Assembly (NCBI GenBank): GCA_963810275.1
Contig: CAWENF010000003.1
Location: 32,001-96,000 of the forward strand
DNA from: an uncultured archaeon
GTDB taxonomy: Archaea; Thermoproteota; Bathyarchaeia; Bathyarchaeales; Bathycorpusculaceae
DNA: 64,000 nt
Reading direction: 5' to 3'
Made by a program: the position numbers and the translations under genes. Below the pieces are notes generated by a model. The model was not told the DNA's origin. It saw only the letters and a list, made by a program, of their open reading frames with translations, and did not search any database. Shown here piece by piece: positions 50,774 to 61,093 of this stretch; within the stretch, counting starts at the first letter, position 1; the number at the start of each line of letters is the position of its first letter.

Positions 50774-51769
50774 TTAAACCGTTTTGAGGCTGCCCTTCTG
50801 CAATGGGTCACCGTCACGATAGCTGCAGATAACGCCATATTTTCTAACACACTCCAAGCATAAAGCGGGATCACAAAGGGTTGTACTCAAGTAGCGTTCG
50901 CCGCCGTCAGGAGCAATACACACAATCACGCCTCCGCTGAGTTCTTTAGCTAACTGCTGAGCAACATAAAATGCTGCGCCGCTGCTTGGACCCACAAACA
51001 AGCCTTCCTCCAAAGCCAAAAGCCGAGCCGCATCATCCGCCACCGCCGGCTTGACATAGCGGATTTCGTCAACCATTTGAGGATTCCAGATTTTAGGCAA
51101 ATGCTGGAGCCTAAGGTTTTTGAGACCCTGAATAGAACCGTCGCCTTCTGGTTGTACACCGATAACTTTCACTTTTGGGTTAAGCTCTTTTAGGCGCTTG
51201 GACAAACCCATAACGGTGCCTGTAGTCCCCATGCCCGCCACGACATGCGTTACTTCGCCGTCGGTGTCACGCCAAATCTCAGCTGCGGTAGTCTCTTAAT
51301 GGGCAAGTACGTTGGCTTGGTTAGCGAACTGGTTGGGCATAAAATACTTATCAGGATTTTTAGCAGCGATTTCATGCACTAAATCTTCTGCACCGTCCAT
51401 GCCCTTGTCGCCGTCGCTTAGAAGCACTTTGGCTCCAAGCGAGATGAGGATATGTCGGCGCTCCATACTCATGGTTTCAGGCATCACAATCACAGCATCA
51501 TAGCATTTAGCTCTACAAACAAGCGCTATACCGATGCCAGTGTTGCCGCTGGTGGCTTCAATGACAATTTTGCCCGCTGTTAGCCGACCGGATTTTTCGG
51601 CTTGCTCAATCATGTAGAGGGCGATACGATCTTTTATGCTGCCGCCTGGGTTAGTTTTCTCAAGTTTAACGCATACTTCCACGGCTGGGTTTTGATTTAA
51701 GTGTTGGACTTTAACTAGTGGTGTGTTACCAATGTAGTTGAGTATGGTTTTGCCGTTCACATTTGGCAC
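50774..51769 (-). CDS. Cysteine synthase (CysK/CysM family) with an in-frame TAA at 51296-51298
   Basis: IGNTPLV, NPGGSIKDR (PLP Lys), EATSGNTGIG, GMGTTGT, GPSSGA, PDGGERYLST; both ORFs are in the same frame, with TAA where Tyr of 'AHY.TT' is expected. Confidence 0.88.
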
Positions 51770-51842
51770 CGTATAGCTGGGTAGAGTTAGCGCTGGGGCG
51801 CCTATAAAACCTATCCAGATAGGTACCCCAAAATGGGGATGG

Positions 51843-52700
51843 TTATTTGGCGTAGGCTTCCACTAAGTCGCGAGCGGTGATTATGCCAACTATGTTTTCG
51901 TCTTCGACTACGGGGAGTCTGCGTATGTGTTTGAGCGCCATCAAGGCTGCTGCGCGGTGCGCACTAGTGCCGGATGAAACATAGATTAGTGGCTTTGAAC
52001 AGTTCGGTCCTACGTCGGTAAAGAGGTCTTTGTCCATTGCTAAAAAGTTCGTGAGTAAATCGCGTTCGGTAAAGATGCCAAAAGGCATGCCTTCGCGTGT
52101 GATTATGACGCTTCCTATGCGTTGATGCCCCATCATTTTTGCCACATTCATAACTGAGGCTTCCTCGTCCGCTGTGACTATTTTTTTGGTCATAAAGTCG
52201 TTGATGGGCACTTCGGTTTCGGCTACGTCTGGTAAACTTTTGATTAAATCGGCAGAGGTTATTATGCCTGCGAGTGCGCCTGCGTCGTAGACGGCTATTC
52301 TGCCCTTATGGGTTGTCATCATTTTAGCTACCGTTTTAATATCGGTTTGGACTGAGACACCTGTAAGGGGGTAGGACATGACGTCTTCGACTTTCTGGTC
52401 TCCTAATAGTATGCCGTACGCTATAACTTTGCTAAGCAAATCCCGCTCAGTCACGATTCCTATGGCTGTTTTGTATTTCTCAACAATTAGGCTGCCGACG
52501 TGTTTTTGTCCCATAATGTGACCCGCTTCGTCAAGTGACGCTTCGGGGCTAATGGTTATGACTTGGCGTGTCATGAGGTCTTCTGTTAAGCGGTAAAGCG
52601 GCAGGTTTCGTTTATATTGCTCATAAGCTATGTCAATTAAGCCCGGCAACATCCTACGCGTTTGTTTTGTTTGAGGAGTCGCCAACAGAAATTCCTCCAT
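51843..52700 (-). CDS. CBS-domain protein (two CBS pairs)
   Basis: Repeated GIVTERDLL / GIITSADL / GIFTERDLL / GIITARDL. Confidence 0.9.
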   Translation of the reverse strand: MEEFLLATPQTKQTRRMLPGLIDIAYEQYKRNLPLYRLTEDLMTRQVITISPEASLDEAGHIMGQKHVGSLIVEKYKTAIGIVTERDLLSKVIAYGILLGDQKVEDVMSYPLTGVSVQTDIKTVAKMMTTHKGRIAVYDAGALAGIITSADLIKSLPDVAETEVPINDFMTKKIVTADEEASVMNVAKMMGHQRIGSVIITREGMPFGIFTERDLLTNFLAMDKDLFTDVGPNCSKPLIYVSSGTSAHRAAALMALKHIRRLPVVEDENIVGIITARDLVEAYAK

Positions 52701-52916
52701 TATAACATGGCTTCGCGCAGGATATTAAAGTTCCATGACTACCCTCAAGCGACCGACGGCTGTTCACTGCCACAAACCTGACTGGTCAGGTTACATCTTA
52801 GGGGTTTTTGTTTGTTGAGGCGTTCTTGAAAGGATCAGAAAACCGCCTTTCCCAAAAGAAATCGGCGGGGAAAATTCTAAATGCAAGTATCCGCAATATT
52901 TTCACGTTGATTAAGC

Positions 52917-53318
52917 ATGACAGAAAAAGTTGACGTTATCAAACTTCACAAAGACGCACAAGCCCTAATGGAAGCAGGCAAATACGCAGAAGCACGCGAC
53001 CTCTTCGCACAAGTCGCCGAACTTTACTACAAAGGCCAAAACTACTTCGGCTCTGCAGAAATGAGCTACAAAGCAGGCGAATGCAGCTTCCAATTAAAAG
53101 AATATGAAAAAGCAGTTGAGTTCTTCACCAAAGCCGCGGATATCTCGTTTGCTAAAGGCTTTGACCGCTTTGGCTTGAGCGCTCTTGAAAACGCGCGTGA
53201 CAACCAGAAAGCTTTGGGTAACACCGCCGAAGTCGAGACGCTAACCAAAAAGATTGATGAGATAAACAAGAAGAACGCTGAACCAGAAGAAGAATCGTCG
53301 TTCTCGGTATTCTCCTAA
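52917..53318 (+). CDS. TPR/SNAP-like helical repeat protein
   Basis: GKYAEARDLF, AGEC...KEYEKAVEFF.KA. Confidence 0.7.
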   Translation: MTEKVDVIKLHKDAQALMEAGKYAEARDLFAQVAELYYKGQNYFGSAEMSYKAGECSFQLKEYEKAVEFFTKAADISFAKGFDRFGLSALENARDNQKALGNTAEVETLTKKIDEINKKNAEPEEESSFSVFS

Positions 53319-53463
53319 ACACTTTTCTTTAATTTATTTTTTGCAAAGATTCAACCAAGCAGCAATTTTATAGTTAACATTTTTTAGCTCAAATAAGAAA
53401 ATAGGGAACCGTTTAAAGCGAAAACAACTGCTATTCTAGTAATCGAACTACCTGGACCAGAAT

Positions 53464-55119
53464 ATGCCGACCACATTTCAATCCCTCGCTGAACTACTCG
53501 AAAAAGTGGAAGCCACCCAAAAACGTCTCGAAATCATACAGTTAACCGCAGGCTACCTAAAGACGCTCGACACAAACGAGGTGCAAGCAGCGGTGGACAT
53601 GATGGTTGGCAGGGCGTTTTCGAAGTATAGTAAGCGGACGCTGGACGTGAGTTGGGCTACGCTTAGCCGCATGGTGCGGCAGATTTGCGAGTTTGACGGG
53701 GGCTTGTTTCGCGAGGCGATGGCGAATACAGGTGACATTGGTTCAGCTACCAAAGCGGTGCTTGAGCAGGGCAAGCCAAAGAGGCAAATGCAGCTAACCC
53801 AAAAAACGCTGACCATCGCCGAGGTTTGCAGTAGCTTTGAAGCTATAAGCCAAGCTGAGGGCAGCGGCTCACGTACCAGAAAAGAACGCCAAATAGCATC
53901 GCTGCTAAGCCAAGCCACTCCGCTGGAAGCCAAATATCTGGTTAAGATTTTCACGGGCGAAATGCGCACTGGCTTAAGCGAGGGGCTGATGGAGCAGGCG
54001 GTTGCCGAAGCATTCGAAGCGTCTTTGCCACAGGTGCAACATGCAGGTATGGTTTTAGGCGATATTGGCGAGGTCGCAGGCAAACTCAAAGCGCAAGGTG
54101 CGGCGGGTTTGGAAGGGTTGGGGTTTGTAGTTTTCCGTCCTGTGCAGTTGATGCTGGCGCAGACAGCCCAGTCAGTCAACGAGGCGCTATCAGAGATGGG
54201 TGGGGCTGCTGGGTTTGAGTACAAGTACGATGGCGCAAGGGTCCAAATCCACATACAAAACGGCGATGTACGGATTTTCAGTCGACGCTTGTCTGACGTG
54301 ACAGAGAGCCTACCTGAAGTCGTAGAAAATATAAAACAAAACATCCGATCTGAGAGCGCCATCGTGGAGGGTGAAGTCATTGCCTTGGACTTGTCGGGGT
54401 ATCCGATTGCATTTCAGCACCTGATGCGCAGATTCAAACGCGTCAAGGACATTGCGGACATGCAACAAAAAATCCCTCTCACCCTCTACCTCTTTGACAT
54501 CCTCTACCTTAACGGCGAAAGCCTCACAACCCACATCTACCTGCGTCGCCGCCAAATCCTCGCAGATCAGGCAGGAAAAATCGCGTTAAGCAGCCAAATC
54601 ATAACGGACCAGCGCACCTCCGCTGAGGTATTTTTCAAAGAAGCAATAGCCGCTGGGCATGAGGGGTTAATAGCAAAGAAACTCGACAGCCTCTACTCTC
54701 CGGGGCGCAGAGGCAGAAGATGGCTAAAAATTAAAACCACCCTTGAACCACTTGATCTCGTTATAACTGCTGCCGAGTATGGGTATGGACGCCGCAAAGG
54801 CTGGCTAAGCGACTACTACCTCGGCGCATACGATCCAGAGTCAGGCAGGTATTTTGATGTGGGTAAAACCTTCAAGGGCTTAACCGACTTTGAACTCACC
54901 GACCTAACTAACCAGCTAAAAGCAATCACAGTAGCCGCCGAAGGGCACCGAGTGATGGTGATGCCCAAAATAGTAGTGGAGGTCGCCTACAACGAAATCC
55001 AGCAGAGCCCCAAATACCCAAGCGGCATGGCACTACGATTTGCCAGAATCACCCGTATCCGAAGCGACAAGTCACCCGAACAGGCGAGCACGTCTGGGGC
55101 TGGTGAGGGAAATCTATGA
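53464..55119 (+). CDS. lig: ATP-dependent DNA ligase (archaeal ligase I/LigB type with N-terminal DBD); C-terminal frameshift, true end ~55198
   Basis: TGDIG, MRTG, EYKYDGARVQIH, EGLIAK, WLKIK, ALRFARITRIRSDK. Confidence 0.92.
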   Translation: MPTTFQSLAELLEKVEATQKRLEIIQLTAGYLKTLDTNEVQAAVDMMVGRAFSKYSKRTLDVSWATLSRMVRQICEFDGGLFREAMANTGDIGSATKAVLEQGKPKRQMQLTQKTLTIAEVCSSFEAISQAEGSGSRTRKERQIASLLSQATPLEAKYLVKIFTGEMRTGLSEGLMEQAVAEAFEASLPQVQHAGMVLGDIGEVAGKLKAQGAAGLEGLGFVVFRPVQLMLAQTAQSVNEALSEMGGAAGFEYKYDGARVQIHIQNGDVRIFSRRLSDVTESLPEVVENIKQNIRSESAIVEGEVIALDLSGYPIAFQHLMRRFKRVKDIADMQQKIPLTLYLFDILYLNGESLTTHIYLRRRQILADQAGKIALSSQIITDQRTSAEVFFKEAIAAGHEGLIAKKLDSLYSPGRRGRRWLKIKTTLEPLDLVITAAEYGYGRRKGWLSDYYLGAYDPESGRYFDVGKTFKGLTDFELTDLTNQLKAITVAAEGHRVMVMPKIVVEVAYNEIQQSPKYPSGMALRFARITRIRSDKSPEQASTSGAGEGNL

Positions 55120-55178
55120 TAGGCAGTTCCGCAATAAAGGCAAATACGAAACTAGAGAGGACCCAATGAGCGAAGCTG

Positions 55179-55925
55179 ATGACGGAAAAGTTTGCTAAGG
55201 TATTCTACAGTCGACAAACCGTGCTTAAAGAACTTGGTGAAGCTGGACAGAGGAAACTTGATGACGCTCGTGTGGCAGTGGTCGGTGTAGGCGGATTCGG
55301 CGGCGTATCCTCATTTTACCTCACCTTAGCGGGCGTAGGATATGTCCGAGTTATCGACCAAGACATAGTGGATCCCCATAATTTGCACCGCCAAATCCTA
55401 TACACGCCTGACAAACTAAATTACCCCAAAGCCGAAGAAGCCGCAAAGAAACTACAAAAACACAACCCACTTGTAACAGTGGAGGCCACATCGGAAAGCC
55501 TAAACGAATCAAACGCCGAAGCCCTCCTAAAAGACATAGACATCATCGTGGACGGATTAGACAACATGCAAACCCGCCACATCGTCAATCGCACCTGCAT
55601 CAAACTCAAAGTGCCCTACGTTTTTGGTGCAGCCACTGGATTAGAGGGTAATGTCTCCGTGTTTTCTCCGCCCCAAACTGGTTGTATAGACTGTCTGATG
55701 CTGGAAAAAACAGATCCAGAGCAACCCCGCAATCGAGGCATAATCGGGGCCACCGCAGGGGTCATCGGCAGCCTCCAAGCCATAGAAACCATAAAACTTA
55801 TAGCAGGTATCGGCGAACCCCTGCTGGGCAAGATGCTGGTATGCGACTTCTCAGATATGGGCTTCACTACTATACAATTGACTAAAAATCCCTGCTGCAG
55901 GGTATGTAGCGACGATTTGTCCTAA
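55179..55925 (+). CDS. ThiF/MoeB/UbaA-family E1-like adenylyltransferase
   Basis: YSRQ, GVGGFG, D.DIV..HNLHRQ, DGLDN..TR, CIDC and CRVC zinc pairs. Confidence 0.9.
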   Translation: MTEKFAKVFYSRQTVLKELGEAGQRKLDDARVAVVGVGGFGGVSSFYLTLAGVGYVRVIDQDIVDPHNLHRQILYTPDKLNYPKAEEAAKKLQKHNPLVTVEATSESLNESNAEALLKDIDIIVDGLDNMQTRHIVNRTCIKLKVPYVFGAATGLEGNVSVFSPPQTGCIDCLMLEKTDPEQPRNRGIIGATAGVIGSLQAIETIKLIAGIGEPLLGKMLVCDFSDMGFTTIQLTKNPCCRVCSDDLS

Positions 55926-57310
55926 GTAGAGCTTGATGCCACTGTAGGGGCAGCAACGATTGATCGAGGCTGTTTTCGTGAAGTTTTAAAGGTATAGTTT
56001 TTGGTTGCAGTACTTATTACGATAACAGCGGCGATTAAGGCGATACCGACCACAAAAATGGTGTTAAATGCCTTCGCATTGGAAAGTTGTGGACCAATCA
56101 CTTGGTGTCCCTGAACGGTTACGATTAAAGGGGAGGTATAGGTTGATAGGATGCTTGTGGCGATGATGGGCCCCATGGCGCCTCCAACATTTCTTAGCAT
56201 AGTGTTTACGCCTAGACTCACAGCTACGGCGTCGCTTGGCACAGAAATGCTTACCATATTAACTATAGGGATTATAAGCGAGACCACCCCTGATAGAGTG
56301 ACCGCTAAGTCAAACGTAACCATCAAAGCAGATGAGCGGTTAACTATAAGCAAAATTAACCCTGTAATTATGGTGGCTGAAGCCAAAAAAAGAATTGGCT
56401 TAGGACCGATTCTGCTGACGGCTCTACCCATCAAGGGTCCAAGAACAAGCATAATAATCGTCGCAGGCCCCAAAGTGAGTCCAGTCTCTATTATGGTTAA
56501 ACCTAAACCGAAGGGCTCAGGCTGCTGCGCATAATAGACGATAGCGAAGAAAAGCAGAAACATCGCCATGCCACTTAGAATCCCAACCAAATTAGCCACC
56601 AAAACGTTCCTGATGCGCAGAAGCCCCAGATGAATAAGCGGATGCGGCTTATTTCTCTCGTAAAAGAAGAAAGCCATCACAAGCGCTAAACCAGGCACCA
56701 GAAAAGCAAATGATTCCAAAGAAAGCCAACCCATCTGCGGCCCCTCAGTTACATAGATGAGGCTTAAGGCGATACCAGTCATAAGCATCGAGGCACCCAC
56801 ATAATCCACAGGCTTTCTTTCATTGTAGGCATCCTTTTTGAGCACTTTTGCCGTGACAAAAATCAAGATTACGCTAAAGATAAGTGCTGTGTGGAAAGCG
56901 TATTGCCACCCCAAATCCTGAACGACGTAGGAGCCTAAAATTAAGCCTATAGAGGCGCCTATAGCGAAGGTTCCGCTGATTATCCCCTGTGCGGGCGCAA
57001 TTCGCTCTCTGGGAAAAGTGTCGACGATTATGGCAAGCGCCAAAGGTATGATGGCAAACCCTACGCCTTGAATCGCCCTCGCCACTATCAGAAGGTATAT
57101 GGAGTTAGCGAATCCAGCAACGGCAACACCGACTGTGTAGAAACACAGTGCCACCAAGAACATTCGTTTCTTTCCATAGTTATCCCCCATTCGCCCAAAA
57201 AGAGGTGAAGCAACACTGCCTACGATAAGGAGGGCAGAGGTTATCCAGGAGGCGATGGTGTCTGTTGCGCCAAAGTCTTGCTGGATCGTGGGAATTCCGG
57301 GAATGACCAT
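55922..57310 (-). CDS. MFS transporter (DHA2-like, 14 TM); N-terminus probably extends upstream across a frameshift
   Basis: FGRMGDNYGKKR motif A, ARAIQGVG. Confidence 0.88.
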   Translation of the reverse strand: MVIPGIPTIQQDFGATDTIASWITSALLIVGSVASPLFGRMGDNYGKKRMFLVALCFYTVGVAVAGFANSIYLLIVARAIQGVGFAIIPLALAIIVDTFPRERIAPAQGIISGTFAIGASIGLILGSYVVQDLGWQYAFHTALIFSVILIFVTAKVLKKDAYNERKPVDYVGASMLMTGIALSLIYVTEGPQMGWLSLESFAFLVPGLALVMAFFFYERNKPHPLIHLGLLRIRNVLVANLVGILSGMAMFLLFFAIVYYAQQPEPFGLGLTIIETGLTLGPATIIMLVLGPLMGRAVSRIGPKPILFLASATIITGLILLIVNRSSALMVTFDLAVTLSGVVSLIIPIVNMVSISVPSDAVAVSLGVNTMLRNVGGAMGPIIATSILSTYTSPLIVTVQGHQVIGPQLSNAKAFNTIFVVGIALIAAVIVISTATKNYTFKTSRKQPRSIVAAPTVASSST

Positions 57311-57676
57311 TGTCTCAACATAGTTGATGAGTAAAAATAGACAGTTACTGTTAACAAAACACGGTTAGCGTATGAGTATCTTTGGGTGGCTCGCTACTGC
57401 TTAACGCAGAATTGGATGGCTGTATAATCGATCGAGATTCTTTTTTGACTGCAAAAATGGTCTAACAGAAGCAAACTCGAAAAGTAAAATAAAAAATGAC
57501 TTTTAGGGTAAAGTACTGCCACCTCAAAAACTTTTTGTTGAAACCAACTGAACATTTAAGAAAAAAACCGTTTACACAAAATACCAAAATAGTCTTTTAT
57601 AATCGCCAATGAAAAAACTAAAAGCATCTATTATGATTATCAGAAAAAAACAAACAAAAAGAAAGAAGAGATGGAA

Positions 57677-58741
57677 TTACTCTTTCTTTTGTTTGTTTGG
57701 CCGCAGTGAGCGGACGGTTTTCCCTGCACGCCACATTTCGCTTTGACCCATAGCGTTGAGTTCGTCAGCGAGTTTCTGGCGGTAGTCGGGTGCTTTGCTC
57801 TTTTCGAGTACGATGCGGGTTTCTTCGCCTGCAGCGGTTAACTCGTAGAGGCTGTCAAACACTGGTTGAGTTGCGCTTCTGAAGCGTTCTTTCCAGCGTA
57901 GGGCACCGATGCGGGCTGTTTCGCTGCAGTTATTGTACATCCAGTCCATGCCGTTTTCGTCGACGAGGCGTATGAGGCTCTGGGTGAGTTCCTCGACTGT
58001 TTCGTTGAATGATTCACTTGGGCTGTGACCGTTTGCTCGCAACGTGTTGTATTGGGCTTCAAGGATGCCTGCGAGTGCGCCCATAAGAGTGCCGCGCTCC
58101 CCAGTTAAGTCACTGTACACTTCTTTCTCAAAGGTTGTTGGGAAGAGGTAACCTCCGCCGATGGCGATGCCGAGCGCTTTGGCCCGGTCCATGGCTTTGC
58201 CTGTGGCATCTTGGTGAATTGCGAAGCTGCAGTTAATGCCGCTGCCGTCAACAAAGTTGCGGCGCACACTGGTACCTGAACCTTTTGGTGCGACAAGGAT
58301 AACGTCGATGTCTGCTGGTGGGATAACACCTGTTTGTTCTTTGTAAACGATGCTAAAGCCGTGGCTGAAGTAAATTGCGTCGCCTGCTTTGAGAGTGGCT
58401 TTAATTTTTGGCCATAGAGCTTTCTGGGCGGCGTCGGTTAAGAGGAACATTTTTATTGTGCCTTTTTTGGCGGCTTCTTCGAGTGGGAAGAGGTTTTCGC
58501 CTGGAACCCAGCCGTCTGCGACTGCTTTGTCCCATTCCTTTTTGAATATGCCTTCTTTTTCTTGTCCGATTATTACCTTTACGCCGTTGTCTCTCATGTT
58601 AAGTGATTGTGCTGCTCCTTGGATACCGTATCCAAGCGAGACTACGACTTCGTCTTTTAGGATTTGTTGGGCTTTCGCCACGGTAAACTCTTCACGAGTG
58701 ATGACGTCTTCTTGAACGCCACCAAAATCCATTTTCACCAT
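57677..58741 (-). CDS. ilvC: Ketol-acid reductoisomerase
   Basis: LGYGIQG.AQSLNMRD, FSHGF, VAPKGSG, SDLTGERG.LMG, CS.TA..GA. Confidence 0.95.
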   Translation of the reverse strand: MVKMDFGGVQEDVITREEFTVAKAQQILKDEVVVSLGYGIQGAAQSLNMRDNGVKVIIGQEKEGIFKKEWDKAVADGWVPGENLFPLEEAAKKGTIKMFLLTDAAQKALWPKIKATLKAGDAIYFSHGFSIVYKEQTGVIPPADIDVILVAPKGSGTSVRRNFVDGSGINCSFAIHQDATGKAMDRAKALGIAIGGGYLFPTTFEKEVYSDLTGERGTLMGALAGILEAQYNTLRANGHSPSESFNETVEELTQSLIRLVDENGMDWMYNNCSETARIGALRWKERFRSATQPVFDSLYELTAAGEETRIVLEKSKAPDYRQKLADELNAMGQSEMWRAGKTVRSLRPNKQKKE

Positions 58742-58832
58742 TTTATAGTACCTTCAGCCAACCATTTAGCAGATGGCATAATTAAGAATTATGTAGGAAA
58801 ACACCACTAAAAATATGAGGCAACCTCTGGGT

Positions 58833-59003
58833 TTAGGGGATTTCTGTTAGGTTATCCCGCAGCGCAATCCAGCGTTTAAACTCCAACCCAGTGCATTTGC
58901 CTTTGCCCATCCAGCCTTCCCCATACTTCTCGGTTAGCTTCGCGTTATAGGAAGCAAACGTTTCGCATTCTGTGACTTCTAAGCTTGTTTTTTTCTTTTT
59001 CAA
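58833..59003 (-). CDS. Small hypothetical protein
   Basis: TTG-start 56 aa ORF MKKKKTSLEVTECETFASY...; 3' part of listed ORF 58833-59210. Confidence 0.4.
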   Translation of the reverse strand: MKKKKTSLEVTECETFASYNAKLTEKYGEGWMGKGKCTGLEFKRWIALRDNLTEIP

Positions 59004-59022
59004 GAGGGTACACTCCAGTTGG

Positions 59023-60294
59023 TTATTGTGCGTTGTATTTTTGGAATGCCTTCTCCGCCGCGGCTTTAGATAGTTGCTGGACCTTCGCCAAATCCTGAGC
59101 GGTTGGACTGCCGTAAACGGGAAGCGCTGGGCCTGCCAACTCGAAGCCCAAAGATTCCAGTTCGGCAGCAATTTTGCGTGTAGCTTCGCCGCTCCAGGCG
59201 AAACTGCCAAACGTGGCTGCTACGCGGCTGGAGTATTTTTTGGTTTTGAGCAGGTTTAGGAAGTCGGCAATTTTGGGAAATACTTCATGCTCGTAGGTGG
59301 ATGAGCCTACGATTAGGGCTGGTGCTTCGACTAGTGCTGTTAGGGCGTCGACTGGCTGGTCCTCTGAGAGGTTAAAAGTTTTGATTGTGCCGCCGGCTTG
59401 AGCAACGCCTTTTTCTACGGCGTCGAGGCACTGTGCGGTCATGCCGTACATTGAGCAGTAGACTACTGTGACGGTTTTCTTGTAGACGTTGTGGCTCCAT
59501 TTCGCCCAGTCATCAAGCTTCTGCTTGGCGGTCTGGTTAAAGACGGGACCGTGGCTTGGCGCCAAAACCTCAACTTCTAAGCCGTATTTGCTGAATTTGT
59601 CGATAGCTTTAAGCACCCATTCTCGGTGCCCGTTAAACACGGATGCAAAATATTTTTGTGAGCAGCCACAGACGTTTTGTGACTCAGCGTTAATGTCGGA
59701 TTCTAAAATGGCGTCGGGGGGGAGAGTTTTGAAGGCTCCGAAGGCGTCGCAGCAGAACAGGATTTTGTCCTCAGGCAGGTAGGTACTCATGGTTTCGGGC
59801 CAGTGTAGCCACTGCGTCTGTAAGAACCGTAAGTTTTTGCCCCCAAGTGGGAGTGTCATATCGTCTCCTTTGGTGAGTATGGCAGATGGGTCGGTTTGGT
59901 AGAATTTCCTGAAAATGCTTTGGGCCATGGGTGTATAGACTACTTTGATTTTAGGCGCCTTTTTTAGGAGTTGGGGGACTGCGCTGGTGTGGTCGGGTTC
60001 CATGTGGTTTATGACTAAGTAATCGATTTTAGAGAGATCGGTTACTTGGCTTATTTTCTCGAAGTGCTCCGCTGCTTTTGTTTTGTTAACGCAGTCTATA
60101 AGCGCTGTTTTCTCGGAACCTTTAACAAGGTACGAGTTGTATGTGACGCCTTCGGGGATGCTCCAGAGCCCCTCGAAAAGCTGGATGTTTGAGTCATTAG
60201 CTCCCACCCAATAAACGTCTGGAGATATAACTAAAGGTTTAACGGTCAAACAAATTCCCCAGTTGATAATATAGAGTAACGGGGGTTTTGTCAA
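59023..60294 (-). CDS. fprA: Flavodiiron protein (FprA/NorV-like; MBL + flavodoxin), start probably ~60250
   Basis: GVTYNSYL, NHMEPDH, LHWPETM, CDAFG, APSHG, SMYGMT, FGSFAWSGEA. Confidence 0.92.
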   Translation of the reverse strand: MTKPPLLYIINWGICLTVKPLVISPDVYWVGANDSNIQLFEGLWSIPEGVTYNSYLVKGSEKTALIDCVNKTKAAEHFEKISQVTDLSKIDYLVINHMEPDHTSAVPQLLKKAPKIKVVYTPMAQSIFRKFYQTDPSAILTKGDDMTLPLGGKNLRFLQTQWLHWPETMSTYLPEDKILFCCDAFGAFKTLPPDAILESDINAESQNVCGCSQKYFASVFNGHREWVLKAIDKFSKYGLEVEVLAPSHGPVFNQTAKQKLDDWAKWSHNVYKKTVTVVYCSMYGMTAQCLDAVEKGVAQAGGTIKTFNLSEDQPVDALTALVEAPALIVGSSTYEHEVFPKIADFLNLLKTKKYSSRVAATFGSFAWSGEATRKIAAELESLGFELAGPALPVYGSPTAQDLAKVQQLSKAAAEKAFQKYNAQ

Positions 60295-60359
60295 TAATAC
60301 CTTTTGCTTCCACGTTGTTGTTATCGCAAAGCAATTAACCCTAAAAACAAACTATAACC

Positions 60360-60818
60360 ATGGCAACTCTCAAACTTACCGCGGAGCTAGTAGCGCCTTG
60401 CGGCATGAACTGCGGCGTCTGCAAATCTTATCTTGCATACTCACGCGACTTACCCCGAAAGAAAGGCGAAACTTACCATTGCAGCGGATGTATCGAGCGA
60501 AACAAAACCTGCGCCTTCATAAAACGGGATTGTGAGAAAACCCGCAAGGGACGGGTGCGGTTCTGTTATGAATGCAGCGAGATGCCATGCAAAAAACTTG
60601 CAAAACTCGATACAAACTACAGTGCACGCTACGGCATGAGCATGGTTGAAAACCTAAAAATAATCCAGGAGAAAGGCATGAACACTTTCCTTTTAAGCCA
60701 GGAGGATAAGTACCGTTGCCCCAATTGCGGCGACGTGGTTTGCGTGCATGACGCAAAATGCTACAACTGCGATTATCAGGGGCAGAAGCCTAAACAGAAA
60801 GCTGGCAAGAAGCAGTAA
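60360..60818 (+). CDS. DUF3795 Cys-rich protein
   Basis: APCGMNCGVC...CSGC...C...C.......FCYECSEMPC, C-terminal CPNCG. Confidence 0.82.
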   Translation: MATLKLTAELVAPCGMNCGVCKSYLAYSRDLPRKKGETYHCSGCIERNKTCAFIKRDCEKTRKGRVRFCYECSEMPCKKLAKLDTNYSARYGMSMVENLKIIQEKGMNTFLLSQEDKYRCPNCGDVVCVHDAKCYNCDYQGQKPKQKAGKKQ

Positions 60819-61093
60819 GATAAAGCAAGGTGGGTGCCGGATTGCAAATATGAGAAGTAGCTGTTTTCGGTTGTTCTCGCTGATAGATCCTTCTCCTATA
60901 TACAGAGTTTTCATGTTTGTGTTTGATAAATGGTCGTTTTTTCGTTGACAAAGGCTTCTCTGGGCAGGCTTGTTTCTGTAGATATTTGTCGCCGGCGCTT
61001 TCACGAGTTTATTTTTTAAGCAGCAAAGCACTGGGTTTTAAATAACTAAGCAACGTAAGTAACAACTCTGCCCCACAACGCCGTGATAGCTCT

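Noticed and set aside
49382-51298. Selenocysteine/pyrrolysine recoding at in-frame stops (TGA ~49557, TAA 51296)
   Set aside because: The TGA lies within a compensated frameshift whose alternative frame is more protein-like; TAA is not recoded and aligns to Tyr
53553-54380. Long antisense ORFs (e.g. 53553-54380, 17807-18364, 24034-24534, 27327-27872)
   Set aside because: Shadow frames opposite well-supported genes, with no recognisable motifs
60950-61093. Riboswitch upstream of ECF S-component genes (also 33181-33286)
   Set aside because: No TPP, FMN, preQ1 or cobalamin consensus elements recognised; leaders look short
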